DNA of 64,000 nucleotides. Source: Myxococcota bacterium. Its GTDB lineage: Bacteria > Myxococcota_A > UBA9160 > UBA4427. Within the stretch, counting starts at the first letter, position 1. Every line of letters starts with the position of its first letter. The position numbers and the translations under genes are program-made. Positions 37,625 to 47,400 of this stretch are shown in pieces. The stretch lies in contig OZ252299.1 of assembly GCA_965250285.1 (NCBI GenBank), positions 2,240,001 to 2,304,000 of the forward strand, written 5' to 3'. Under the pieces are notes generated by a model. It made no database searches and was not told the origin of the DNA. It saw only the letters and a program-made list of their open reading frames with translations.

Positions 37625-39121
37625 CTAGCCCAGGCCCGAGATCGAGGCGATCCGGCCCGCCGGCTCGAGCTGCACGTCGCGCCCGCACACCTCGACCTCG
37701 GCCATCGCACGGCAGAGATCGACCCCCTCGGTCGACGCGACGGTGCGCCGCCCATCCGGCAGATCGCAGACGACGAGCCCCTTGAAGGGCGCGTCGCCGA
37801 GGTAGAGGACCGTATAGCCGGCGACGACCGCCGGGCCCGTGTAGTCGCCGACGATCTCGCGCGGGACGGTCTGCCCCGCGACGGCGTCGGTGACGTCTTC
37901 GAAGGCGAAGGCGCCCTTCGGCGGTGCCGTGCCGTAGAGCCCGAAGCCCGCCTTCGTGATCATGCCCGAGATGCTCGTCACCAGACCGATGCCCTCCCCT
38001 GCCTCGCGCAGCCGCTCGACCATGCGCGCGGTGCTCTGCACGACGTAGTTGTTGAGCGGGCCTCCGGCGAAGGGCATGCCGCCCGTGACGGTGAGCGGGC
38101 GATCGTCGAATCCGTCTTCGTCGAGCCCGAGGCCCCGCGCGAAGATGCGTACCGCCGCCGGGAAGCAGCTGTAGAGCTCGACGTCGGTGATGTCGCGGGC
38201 TTCGATCCCGGCGATCGCGAGCGCCCGCTCGCCGGCCACGCGGGCGCCGATGTTCTCGTGCAGCACCGGCCGGGCCGAGAGGTCGACCATGTGGTTGCTC
38301 TCCGTGCCCGCAAGTGGATACACGAAGCGCGCCGGATCGAGCCCGAGCTCACGCGCGAGGCCGAGCGAGCAGAACACGAGGGCGCCCGCCTGATCGACGT
38401 TCCAGCTCGAGTTGTGCAGCTTGCCGTAGGGGAACGCGATCATCGGGTTGCGCGGCCCGGTCGTCGCCACTGTCGACGCCTCGACCGGAGCGGGGCCCCA
38501 CGCGTGCGGATTGTCGGCGGCGACGCGGCTGAAGCTGGCGTAGAGATCGCCGAGGAAGGCGCGGTGATCCTCGATCGATTGACCGTCGGCATACCGCAGC
38601 GCGTTCTCCATGATTGCGTAGTACTGAACGGGCATCAGCATGCCCTGGGCCGCTTCATGCTCCGACCACAGCGAGTCGGCCGGTTCGAGGCGGATGTCAG
38701 GGGCTTCGCCTTCCTGTACGGTGCGGGTGTCTTCGACGCCGGCGCGCTCGGCACAGCGCGCGCGGTACTTCGCCTCGGCGCCGACGACGATCGAGAGCTG
38801 CTCGCGGCCGGCTGCGATGTCACTGCATGCGGCGCTCATGATCGTCTGCTGCAGCACGCCGATCTCGGCCAGCGTGGTGCGCACCTTCTCGGCCCCGATC
38901 GCGCGAGCGACGAGGCGGCCCGGATCGCTGTAGTCCCAGAAGCCACGGGGCACCCGAATCGAGTCGACGCGCTCGAGCAGCTGCGGTGCGCCCGCGTCTT
39001 CGGCGGCCGCGCGCACCGCCTCGATCATGAGCGCGATCGGCTCCTTCGCCACGGTCGGATCGTCGATGCGCTGCTCGATCGAAGCGACGCCGACCAGCAC
39101 CGGCGTCTGTTCGCTTGACAT
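37625..39121 (-). CDS. thiolase-like protein (acetyl-CoA acetyltransferase family)
   Basis: PVLVGV, VGAEA, NVDQAGA, ELYSCFP and LTVTGGMPFAGGPLNNY. Confidence 0.82.
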   Translation of the reverse strand: MSSEQTPVLVGVASIEQRIDDPTVAKEPIALMIEAVRAAAEDAGAPQLLERVDSIRVPRGFWDYSDPGRLVARAIGAEKVRTTLAEIGVLQQTIMSAACSDIAAGREQLSIVVGAEAKYRARCAERAGVEDTRTVQEGEAPDIRLEPADSLWSEHEAAQGMLMPVQYYAIMENALRYADGQSIEDHRAFLGDLYASFSRVAADNPHAWGPAPVEASTVATTGPRNPMIAFPYGKLHNSSWNVDQAGALVFCSLGLARELGLDPARFVYPLAGTESNHMVDLSARPVLHENIGARVAGERALAIAGIEARDITDVELYSCFPAAVRIFARGLGLDEDGFDDRPLTVTGGMPFAGGPLNNYVVQSTARMVERLREAGEGIGLVTSISGMITKAGFGLYGTAPPKGAFAFEDVTDAVAGQTVPREIVGDYTGPAVVAGYTVLYLGDAPFKGLVVCDLPDGRRTVASTEGVDLCRAMAEVEVCGRDVQLEPAGRIASISGLG

Positions 39122-39176
39122 GACTGTGCTCTCCTGCGACGGCCACTCGAGCGGCCGTCGATCTTCGGTTCACCCG

Positions 39177-40928
39177 TCAGGCGGGATTCGAACGCTGGCG
39201 ATGCCAGAGGTACGCCGCGACGGCGGCAACGACGATCGACACGACGACGACGAGCCGACCGGTCGGGTTCGCCTTCGGCTCGAGCTCGACCGGGTCCATG
39301 GGCGCCAGGCCCCAGGGCCTGCGCTGCGACGCGGTCACGCCATCGCCTTCGTCGACGTAGCCGAGCGCCTTCAGCTCGAGCACCGACTCGGCCGACAGAT
39401 CGGTCGAGCGCGCCTCGCGCGGCGTCCGAGGCTGCTCCGCGAAAGCTGCGCGCGCGCGGTCGAGCTCGGCTTCGAGCGCCTCCCAGGCGGCTCGCAGCGC
39501 CGGGTGCTGTTGGTCGGTGAGCGCCACCTTCTCTTCGGGATCGAGCGTGAGGTCATAGAGCTCACCCTGCACGGCCATGGGCTCTCCCTCGCGCAAGATG
39601 ACCGAGCGCGTGAACTTCCACTCGGGCGTGCGCAACCCATAGGTCTGCATGTGCTCACGACGCCGATCGGGCCTCGCCTTGGTGACGTAGAGCGAGATCA
39701 GCTCGGGCCGCGACTCGAAGGGCTGCCCCTCGATGGCCGGCACCAGCGAGCGGCCGGTGACACCGGGGGGAAGCTCGAGCCCGAGCAGGTCGACGACCGT
39801 CGGCAGGATATCCGAGAGCGTGACCTGCGCTTCGACTTCGGAGACGACGCCGTCCCCCCAGCTCTTCGGCAGCACGACCAGCAGCGGCACACGGATCGTT
39901 TCGTCGAAGAGATGATGCCGATGCGTCAGCAGGTCGTGCTCGAAGAACTCTTCGCCATGATCCGACGTGATGATGATCAGCGTGTCGTCGAGGCGTCGAT
40001 GCTGCTCGAGCGCCGTGAGGATCTCGCCGACCGCCTGATCCGTCCACCCGATCTCACCGCGGTAGAGCGCGCGCAGCTGCGCGAGCCCCGCGTCGTCGAC
40101 GCGCCGATGCGGTCGGGCCTGGGTCTCGAAGATGCGCGGATCGGAGAGGACGTTGCGACCGTCGACGAAGCCGTCGTACTCGGGATCGGTGAAACGCGTG
40201 TCCCACGGCGCCGGGGGCACCCAGTCGTTGTGCGGATCGAAGAAGTGCGCGAACAAGAAGACCGGCTGGTCGGGACGAGCGCGCTCGAGGGCCATGCGCG
40301 TCAGCGCGACGACGTTCTCCGAAGACACGTAGTCGCGACTCTCGATCAGCCACGAGCGGGCGTCGCGCTCTCCCCCACGCGGCGCGACCGCGCCTGGCCC
40401 ACCTCCCGTCAGATCTTCTCGCATCATCCCGCTGCGATACACGTCGAAGCCCTCGGCGAAGCCGTAGTCGCCCCACAGATATCGAACGGTGAACGTGCCG
40501 GCGGTGAAGTAGCCCGCGTCCCGGAGCAGCTCGGGCAGCGTGGTCATCAGCGGATCGAGCGCCGTGTCGCTCGACTCGGTGCCGTGATAGGGCGGCGCCA
40601 TGCCGGTGAACATCTGGGCATGAGACGGCAGCGTCCAGCTGGTCCCCGAGATCGCCTCGGTGAAGATCGTGCCCCGCTCGGCCAGCCGCGTCATGTGCTC
40701 GGCGGTCTCGGGATCACGAAACGTCAGGAAGTCGGCGCGGGTCGTGTCGAGCGAGATCAGGAGGACGTTGGGCCTTCGGGGCTCGGCCGCGGCCGGGCTC
40801 GGCCCCATCCATGCGGCGCACGCACACGCGAAGATGAGGCCCCACTCCACGGCGGATCTCACCGCGCGTCCCCTGCCCTCGCACCCGTCCCGCATCGCGC
40901 GCAGTGTAACACGCACCCCCCGACGCAA
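39177..40928 (-). CDS. secreted/membrane-anchored sulfatase-family protein
   Basis: PNVLLISLDTTRAD, SWTLPSH, HFFDPH, TSDHGEEF and ELYDL..DPEE. C-terminal TM helix. The start is uncertain (40850-40928). Confidence 0.88.
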   Translation of the reverse strand: MRRGVRVTLRAMRDGCEGRGRAVRSAVEWGLIFACACAAWMGPSPAAAEPRRPNVLLISLDTTRADFLTFRDPETAEHMTRLAERGTIFTEAISGTSWTLPSHAQMFTGMAPPYHGTESSDTALDPLMTTLPELLRDAGYFTAGTFTVRYLWGDYGFAEGFDVYRSGMMREDLTGGGPGAVAPRGGERDARSWLIESRDYVSSENVVALTRMALERARPDQPVFLFAHFFDPHNDWVPPAPWDTRFTDPEYDGFVDGRNVLSDPRIFETQARPHRRVDDAGLAQLRALYRGEIGWTDQAVGEILTALEQHRRLDDTLIIITSDHGEEFFEHDLLTHRHHLFDETIRVPLLVVLPKSWGDGVVSEVEAQVTLSDILPTVVDLLGLELPPGVTGRSLVPAIEGQPFESRPELISLYVTKARPDRRREHMQTYGLRTPEWKFTRSVILREGEPMAVQGELYDLTLDPEEKVALTDQQHPALRAAWEALEAELDRARAAFAEQPRTPREARSTDLSAESVLELKALGYVDEGDGVTASQRRPWGLAPMDPVELEPKANPTGRLVVVVSIVVAAVAAYLWHRQRSNPA

Positions 40929-41121
40929 CTCCGCGGCAACCCGCCAGGACGCGACGCCGACGCGACGCCGACGCGTCGGCGTCGCTTCGCCGGTGAGTCA
41001 TGCGGCGGTCGGCGGCATTCGACTCGGGGCGTCGGGTGGGCGACCGTATGGCCTCCCATCGAACCGGTCGCCCGCGCGGCGCCCGGCCGTTGCGCTCACC
41101 CGCCCTTCGGAGGACCGAGAG

Positions 41122-41529
41122 ATGTTGAGTGAAGACGCGGCGCTCGTCGCTGCCCAGAATTCGTGGAAGGCCGTCATGAGCCATGACAAGGAAGGCTGGC
41201 TCGGCCTGATGTCGGATGACGTCTGCATCGAGGACCCGATCGGCACGGGCCCGACCAACCCGACCGGTCTCGGCGTGCAGGGCAAGGCCGCCGTCGCGGA
41301 GTTCTACGACAAGAACATTGCCGAGGCGAACATCGAGGTCACGACCCACGAGTCGTACTACGCCGAGCGCGAGTCGGCGCACAAGCTCACGCTCACGACG
41401 ACACTCTCGAACGGTGTGGTCTCGAAGGTGACCAGCATCTTCACGTACCGGCTGAACGAAGAAGGACTGATCACGAACCTGCGCGGCTACTGGAAGCTCT
41501 CGGACATGAGCTTCACGCAGCCCGACTGA
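41122..41529 (+). CDS. NTF2/ketosteroid-isomerase-like (SnoaL) protein
   Basis: DKEGWLGL, IEDPIG, GKAAVAEFY and LRGYW. GGAGG RBS. Confidence 0.85.
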   Translation: MLSEDAALVAAQNSWKAVMSHDKEGWLGLMSDDVCIEDPIGTGPTNPTGLGVQGKAAVAEFYDKNIAEANIEVTTHESYYAERESAHKLTLTTTLSNGVVSKVTSIFTYRLNEEGLITNLRGYWKLSDMSFTQPD

Positions 41530-41587
41530 TCGGCGAACGCGAGACCTCGACCATGGCCCGACCCGGCTCGAACACGAGCGCGCGACC

Positions 41588-44500
41588 GTGACCCTGCGCC
41601 GATTGCTGATCGCCAATCGGGGCGAGATCGCCGTACGCATCGCGCGGACGGCCCGCGATCTCGGGATCGAGACCGTCGGCGTGCACGGCGAAGAGGAGCC
41701 CGATGCGGCGCACCTCGCTCACGTCGATCACGTCGAGGCACTGCCCGGCTCGGGCGCCCAGCCCTACCTCGACGTCGCGGTCATCGTCGAGGCCGCCCGG
41801 CGGGCGAACGCCGACGCCGTGCACCCCGGCTATGGACTGCTGAGCGAGAGCGCCGAGCTGTCGGCCGCCTGCGCCGCGGCGGCGCTCACCTTCGTGGGTC
41901 CGACACCCGAGACGCTCCGCGTCTTCGGCGACAAGGCCGAAGCCAAGGCGCTCGCGGCGCGCGAGGGCGTGCCGCTGCTCGACGGCCTCCCCGGGCCCTG
42001 CAGTGCGGCCGAGGCCGAGTCATTTCGTCGCTCGCTCGGCGAAGCCGCTCCGATCGTGCTCAAGGCCATCTCGGGCGGTGGCGGCCGAGGCATGCGCCGG
42101 GTCGGCCCCGGAGACGATCTCGAGGCCGCCTTCGCCGCCGCCGAGCGCGAGGCCGAAGCCGCGTTCGGCCGAGCGGATCTCTACGTCGAGGCGTTCGTCG
42201 ACCGCGCCCGGCACATCGAGGTGCAGATCATCGGCGATGGCGCACATGTGGCATCGCTCGGCGACCGAGAGTGCACCCTGCAGCGACGGCACCAGAAGCT
42301 GATCGAGCTCGCTCCGGCCGGCGCCCTGCCCGACGCGACCCACGATGCGATCCACGGCGCCGCGCTCACGCTCGGTCGCGCCAGTGCGCTGCGCGGCGTC
42401 GCGACCGTCGAGTTCCTCGTCGACGCGGACGATCCGAGCCGTGCGTACTTCCTCGAGGTCAATCCCCGGCTGCAGGTCGAGCACACCGTGACCGAAGAGG
42501 TGACCGGCTTCGACCTCGTCGCCCAACAGCTTCGCGTCGCGGGGGGCGAGACGCTTGCAAACCTCGGCCTCGCCGATGGCGAGCGCATCGCGTCGCGGGG
42601 CGCCGCGCTGCAGGCGCGCATCAACGTCGAACGGATGAAGGAGGACGGCAGCGTCTGGCCCTCGGTCACCGCGGTGTCCGCCGTGCGCTGGCCCGGCGGT
42701 CCGGGCGTCCGCATCGATGCGGCCTTCCGCCCCGGCGCCGTCCCGAACGCGCGCTTCGACTCGCTCTTCGCGAAGCTCGTCGTGCGCGGCAGCGATCCGG
42801 CCGAGGCGCTGCGCCGCGCGCAGCGTGCCCTCGACGAGCTCGAGATCGTCGGCCCCGAGACCAACACCGACCTGCTCGGCGCGTTGATCGCCCGGTCCGA
42901 GGTCGCGACCGGCGACGTCACGACCCGCTTCGTCGAGACGCACGTGGCCGAGCTCGTGAAGCAGGCCGAAGAGCGGCGCGCTGCGCACTCGGCCTCCACG
43001 ACGGAGGGCGGCGGCGTCGGCGCGCGAATCGACGCGAGCGACCCGCTCGCGGTGCTCGACTATGGCCGAACCGAGGGCGGCCGAACCGAGGGCGCCATGG
43101 CGCCATCGCCCGGCGCGGCGCGGGTCGTCGCGGCCCCGCACCCCGATGGCCCGCCCGGCACGGTCCCCGAATGCGCGCCGCTGCAGGGCACGGTGCTTTC
43201 GTTCGAGGTCGAGCCCGGCGATCCGGTCGCCGAAGGGACGCCGCTCGCCGTGCTCGAGGCGATGAAGATGGAGCACGTCGTCGCGGCCGCGACCGCCGGA
43301 CGCGTCCACTCGCTGGGTGCGCGGGTCGGCGACACGGTGGCCGAGACCCATCCATTGGTGTTCGTCGAGCCCGGCGAGGTCGAGGCGGGGCTCGTGCAGA
43401 GCCACGAGCGCATCGACCCCGCTCATATCCGACCCGACCTGCAGCAGGCGATCGATCGGCACACCGTCGGACTCGACGCCGCGCGCTCGGCGGCGGTCGA
43501 GAAGCGACACGCGCGCGGCCACCGCACGGCTCGCGAGAATCTCGCCGACCTCGTCGACCCCGATTCGTTCGTCGAATACGGTCCGCTCGTCGTGGCCGCG
43601 CAGCGCCGCCGCCGCGCCCTCGACGACCTGATCGAGAACACGCCTGCCGACGGCATGGTCGCCGGCATCGGCACGGTGAACGGGCACCTCTTCGACGAGC
43701 ACGCGGCGCAGGCGGCCGTTGTCTCGTACGACTACATGGTGCTCGCGGGCACCCAGGGCGCACAGAACCACCGCAAGAAGGATCGCCTCTTCGAGCTCGC
43801 CGATCGCCAGCGTCTGCCCCTCGTGCTCTTCGCCGAAGGGGGCGGCGGACGGCCCGGCGATACGGACGGCGTGGGCGGCTCGGGTCTCGACTGTCTGGCG
43901 TTCGCGCTCTTTGCCGAGCTCTCGGGGCGGGTCCCGCTGATCGGCATCGCGAACGGTCGCTGCTTCGCCGGCAACGCCGCGCTGCTGGGGTGCTGCGACG
44001 TCGTCATCGCCACCGAGGGCTCGAACATCGGCATGGGCGGTCCGGCCATGGTCGAGGGCGGTGGACTCGGCGTCTTTCGTCCCGAAGAGATCGGCCCGCT
44101 CGACGTGCAGGTGCGCAACGGCGTCGTCGACATCGCCGTCGCCGACGAAGCCGAGGCCGTCGCGGTGGCCCGCAAGTACCTCGGGTTCTTTCAGGGTCGG
44201 ATCCGTGACTTCACCTACCGGGATCAGCGCGAGCTGCGACACGTGATCCCCGAGAACCGCCTGCGCGTGTACGACGTGCGCAGCGTGATCGACGGGCTGT
44301 GCGACAGTGACAGCGTCCTCGAGCTGCGGCGGGGCTTCGGCCACGGCATGGTGACCGCGCTCGCGCGGGTCGAGGGACGCCCGCTCGGCATCGTGGCCAA
44401 CGACCCGACGCATCTCGGCGGCGCCATCGACGCGGCGGCCGCCGACAAGGCCGCGCGCTTCATGCAGCTGTGCGACGCCCATGACCTGCCGATCCTGTTC

Positions 44501-44983
44501 CTGTGCGACACCCCGGGCATCATGGTCGGCCCCGAGGCCGAACGCGAAGGCACGGTCCGCCATGCCGCGCGCATGTTCGTGACCGCCGCGAGCCTCGATG
44601 TGCCGTTCATGACGATCGTGCTGCGCAAGGGCTATGGCCTGGGTGCCCAGGCGATGGCGGGGGGCAGCTTCAAGGCGCCGCTCTTCACCGTGGCCTGGCC
44701 GACGGGCGAGTTCGGCGGGATGGGCCTCGAAGGCGCAGTCAAGCTCGGGATGCGCCGCGAACTCGAGGCCGAGACCGACCCCGAGGCGCGCCGCGCCCTG
44801 TACGAGCGGCTCGTCGACCGCATGTACGAGAACGGCAAGGCGGTCTCGACGGCCTCGTTCTTCGAGATCGACGACGTGATCGATCCCGCCGAGAGCCGGC
44901 ATTGGATCGGCCGCGCGCTCGCCTCCACGCCACCGCGCGACCCGGCGCGCGCACACAAGCGTCCGATGATCGACCCCTGGTAG
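41588..44983 (+). CDS. single-chain biotin-dependent acyl-CoA carboxylase (BC-BCCP-CT fusion)
   Basis: IANRGEIA, HPGYG, GGGGRGMR, LEVNPRLQVEH, biotinyl EAMKM, and CT motifs GTQG, GGP and DTPG. Confidence 0.93.
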   Translation: MTLRRLLIANRGEIAVRIARTARDLGIETVGVHGEEEPDAAHLAHVDHVEALPGSGAQPYLDVAVIVEAARRANADAVHPGYGLLSESAELSAACAAAALTFVGPTPETLRVFGDKAEAKALAAREGVPLLDGLPGPCSAAEAESFRRSLGEAAPIVLKAISGGGGRGMRRVGPGDDLEAAFAAAEREAEAAFGRADLYVEAFVDRARHIEVQIIGDGAHVASLGDRECTLQRRHQKLIELAPAGALPDATHDAIHGAALTLGRASALRGVATVEFLVDADDPSRAYFLEVNPRLQVEHTVTEEVTGFDLVAQQLRVAGGETLANLGLADGERIASRGAALQARINVERMKEDGSVWPSVTAVSAVRWPGGPGVRIDAAFRPGAVPNARFDSLFAKLVVRGSDPAEALRRAQRALDELEIVGPETNTDLLGALIARSEVATGDVTTRFVETHVAELVKQAEERRAAHSASTTEGGGVGARIDASDPLAVLDYGRTEGGRTEGAMAPSPGAARVVAAPHPDGPPGTVPECAPLQGTVLSFEVEPGDPVAEGTPLAVLEAMKMEHVVAAATAGRVHSLGARVGDTVAETHPLVFVEPGEVEAGLVQSHERIDPAHIRPDLQQAIDRHTVGLDAARSAAVEKRHARGHRTARENLADLVDPDSFVEYGPLVVAAQRRRRALDDLIENTPADGMVAGIGTVNGHLFDEHAAQAAVVSYDYMVLAGTQGAQNHRKKDRLFELADRQRLPLVLFAEGGGGRPGDTDGVGGSGLDCLAFALFAELSGRVPLIGIANGRCFAGNAALLGCCDVVIATEGSNIGMGGPAMVEGGGLGVFRPEEIGPLDVQVRNGVVDIAVADEAEAVAVARKYLGFFQGRIRDFTYRDQRELRHVIPENRLRVYDVRSVIDGLCDSDSVLELRRGFGHGMVTALARVEGRPLGIVANDPTHLGGAIDAAAADKAARFMQLCDAHDLPILFLCDTPGIMVGPEAEREGTVRHAARMFVTAASLDVPFMTIVLRKGYGLGAQAMAGGSFKAPLFTVAWPTGEFGGMGLEGAVKLGMRRELEAETDPEARRALYERLVDRMYENGKAVSTASFFEIDDVIDPAESRHWIGRALASTPPRDPARAHKRPMIDPW

Positions 44984-44990
44984 CCGGCGT

Positions 44991-45707
44991 TCAGGCGGCC
45001 GGAGCAAACACCAGCGCAGCGATCAGATCGCCGATGCGCGCGAATGCGCCTGCATGAGGGCCTCCGCCGAGCGGACCCGCGTGCGCCCCCCCGACGAAGA
45101 GGGCCTCGAACCGCCCTGCTCCCCCCGGCCGGATCTCGACGTCACGAAAACCGAGACGCCGACCGGTGATCGGCGACCAGGCCTTGTACGCGGCCTCTTT
45201 CGCCACGAACGCGAGTGCGGGCGGCACCGGCGTGCGCGCCGAGGCGAAGTGCGCACGTTCGACCGAAGTCGTCACGCGTGCGAACAGCGCAGTCGAGACT
45301 CGGTGAGTCGATTCGACGTCGAGGCCCAGCGCGATGAGTTCGTCGTCCCGGGCCACGATGGCCGCGCAGTGCGCGTCGGCATGCGCGATGCTGCCAACGC
45401 ATCCGCCCGGCCAGGCAGGTGCCTCCGCCGCCTCGCCACCGCCCCCGACGCGCAACAGCGGCGCCCGAGGTACACCGAGTGCGTCGAGCGCGTCGTGGGC
45501 GCAGGCCCGACCGGCCGCAAACGCGGTGCGTCGTCGAGCGTGGACGTCCTGGACGAGCGCGGCCTCCTCACGCTGGAGCGCGTCTCGCCAATCCGCACGC
45601 GCCGCCTCGCGGACGACGACGCGATCCTCCAGCCCGGCCCGCTCGACGACCTGCGCGACGAGTCCACGGGTGGACGACACCCTCGTACGCTCGCGGTTCA
45701 TGGCCAT
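44991..45707 (-). CDS. 4'-phosphopantetheinyl transferase (EntD-like)
   Basis: RRTAFAAGRACA, PAWPGGCVGSIAH, LGLDVE and FVAKEAAYKA. Confidence 0.85.
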   Translation of the reverse strand: MAMNRERTRVSSTRGLVAQVVERAGLEDRVVVREAARADWRDALQREEAALVQDVHARRRTAFAAGRACAHDALDALGVPRAPLLRVGGGGEAAEAPAWPGGCVGSIAHADAHCAAIVARDDELIALGLDVESTHRVSTALFARVTTSVERAHFASARTPVPPALAFVAKEAAYKAWSPITGRRLGFRDVEIRPGGAGRFEALFVGGAHAGPLGGGPHAGAFARIGDLIAALVFAPAA

Positions 45708-45795
45708 CGGCCCTCCCCGGGCGAGGCCGCCCTCCGAGCCTCCAGGCCGATCGCAGCCGCACCGCGCCGCCTCCCGCGTGCGCCCTGCCGAGGCC

Positions 45796-47400
45796 TCACC
45801 GGTCCCACCCGCACGCGCAGTCTTCACCGCGCCACTGCTGCGCCCGCGCGAGGCTCGCGCGAGCGACCCGCCAGACGACGGCGTCCGGCGCCGCAGCGAA
45901 GGGCACGCGGCGCGCGAGTCGATCGAACACGCGAAGGCGCGATCGCGCGGAGAGCGTCGAATCGGGAATCGCCGCGTTCAACGCCGCGAGGTCGCGCACG
46001 CGCGCCGCATCATCGAGCTTTGCTTCGAAGCGCACGGCGTCGCACTCGATCAGGAGTGCGTCGAAGCGCCCATTCGGCGAGCGACGCGCTCGCAGCATCA
46101 CTTGGGGCGACTCCAGATCGCCCGTCGAAACGTCGGCCGCGTGCAGCCGGATGAGCAAGCGCGCGAGCGCATCGGTGATGTGCGCGGGCGAGGGTCGGGG
46201 TGCCGCGGGCTCGGGCACACCTCTCGCATCGACGCCGGGCAACCGAAGGGGCGCCGTGACGGGCCAGCCGCCGCGCACGTCTTCGAGCACCACCCACGAG
46301 CCGACGAGCAGCCCGAACCGGCGCCGCTCGAGCCAGGCGAAGGGCCGCGCCGTCGCCACCCCTCGCAGGAGCAGCCCGTGGCCTTCGACGAACGCGCGGC
46401 GGCCGGACGAGCCGCGCAGGCGGCGGGCGACGCGGCGTCGCAGGCGGGGCTCGCGGCGCTCGCGCACGACCAGTCGGCGCGCGCCCACCTGAACGGCGGT
46501 AACGAGCGATCGGCCGTCGCGCTTCAGCACCTCCCCCGCGCCGGGGCTTCCGGCGCAGACGCCGCGCTCGGTCGAAACAGGGGCCGCGGCGAGGCGCGCG
46601 ACGCGGGTGTGCGCTGCGAGGGCGGCCACGACGTCGGCTTCATCGATCTCGGCCAGCCGTAGACCGCGAAGCCCCCTGCCGACGATGCGCGCGCGCCCGT
46701 CTTCGGCGCGCGCCACCCGGCGCGTCCGCGCAGTCGCGAACTGACGTGCCCGGCGACGGATGACCGGTGCGACCGCCCGGAGGCGTGCCCTCGCCTCCCC
46801 CTCGGCGGGACCCCGATCGACACCGAGGGCCGCGCGCCGGAAACGCATCCGATCGCCCAGCGGCACGCCGAGCAGCCACATCGAGTGTTCGAAGCGCGCG
46901 ACGTCCCAGACCCGGGCCGCATCACGCGCAGCATCGGGACGCGCGCGTTGCCAATCGATCAGCGCCGGCGTCTCGCCCTCGACCAGGACGTTCTCCTCGT
47001 GCAGATCGTTGTGCACCCATCCGGCGAGATGCGCCTGCCTCAGCTGTCGACCGATCGCCTCGAGGATGCGTCGACGTCGCCACGGCTCTTCGAGACAGTC
47101 GACGAGGTGGTCGCCCGGCACGAAAGTCTGTACGAGTCGGCGCGTACCCGCGCCGGTCGACGCTTCGTCGACGAGCCGCGGCGCACGCACGCCGGCCTCG
47201 GCCAGTGCCCGCAGCGCCCGCGCCTCGCGCTGCGCCGCGGCGATGCCGAACCACCCCTTGAGCCCTTCGCGCAAGCGACGCAGAGGCGTGCGCGCGAGGA
47301 ACTCCTTGCGAACGACCCGCGCCCCGCCCTCGCTCGACTCGACGAAGACGACACGACGCACGCTGCGAGCGAGGCACTCGGCCGGCGGTGCGACGGTCAT
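45796..47400 (-). CDS. lipopolysaccharide kinase (Kdo/WaaP/InaA family) with two tandem kinase-like domains
   Basis: Domain 1 has HNDLHEENVL and LIDW. Domain 2 has TGDLESPQVM and LIECD (degenerate). Confidence 0.75.
   Translation of the reverse strand: MTVAPPAECLARSVRRVVFVESSEGGARVVRKEFLARTPLRRLREGLKGWFGIAAAQREARALRALAEAGVRAPRLVDEASTGAGTRRLVQTFVPGDHLVDCLEEPWRRRRILEAIGRQLRQAHLAGWVHNDLHEENVLVEGETPALIDWQRARPDAARDAARVWDVARFEHSMWLLGVPLGDRMRFRRAALGVDRGPAEGEARARLRAVAPVIRRRARQFATARTRRVARAEDGRARIVGRGLRGLRLAEIDEADVVAALAAHTRVARLAAAPVSTERGVCAGSPGAGEVLKRDGRSLVTAVQVGARRLVVRERREPRLRRRVARRLRGSSGRRAFVEGHGLLLRGVATARPFAWLERRRFGLLVGSWVVLEDVRGGWPVTAPLRLPGVDARGVPEPAAPRPSPAHITDALARLLIRLHAADVSTGDLESPQVMLRARRSPNGRFDALLIECDAVRFEAKLDDAARVRDLAALNAAIPDSTLSARSRLRVFDRLARRVPFAAAPDAVVWRVARASLARAQQWRGEDCACGWDR

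Noticed and set aside
41588..44983. BC-BCCP-CT fusion as a novel architecture
   Set aside because: Single-chain multi-domain acyl-CoA carboxylases are already described.
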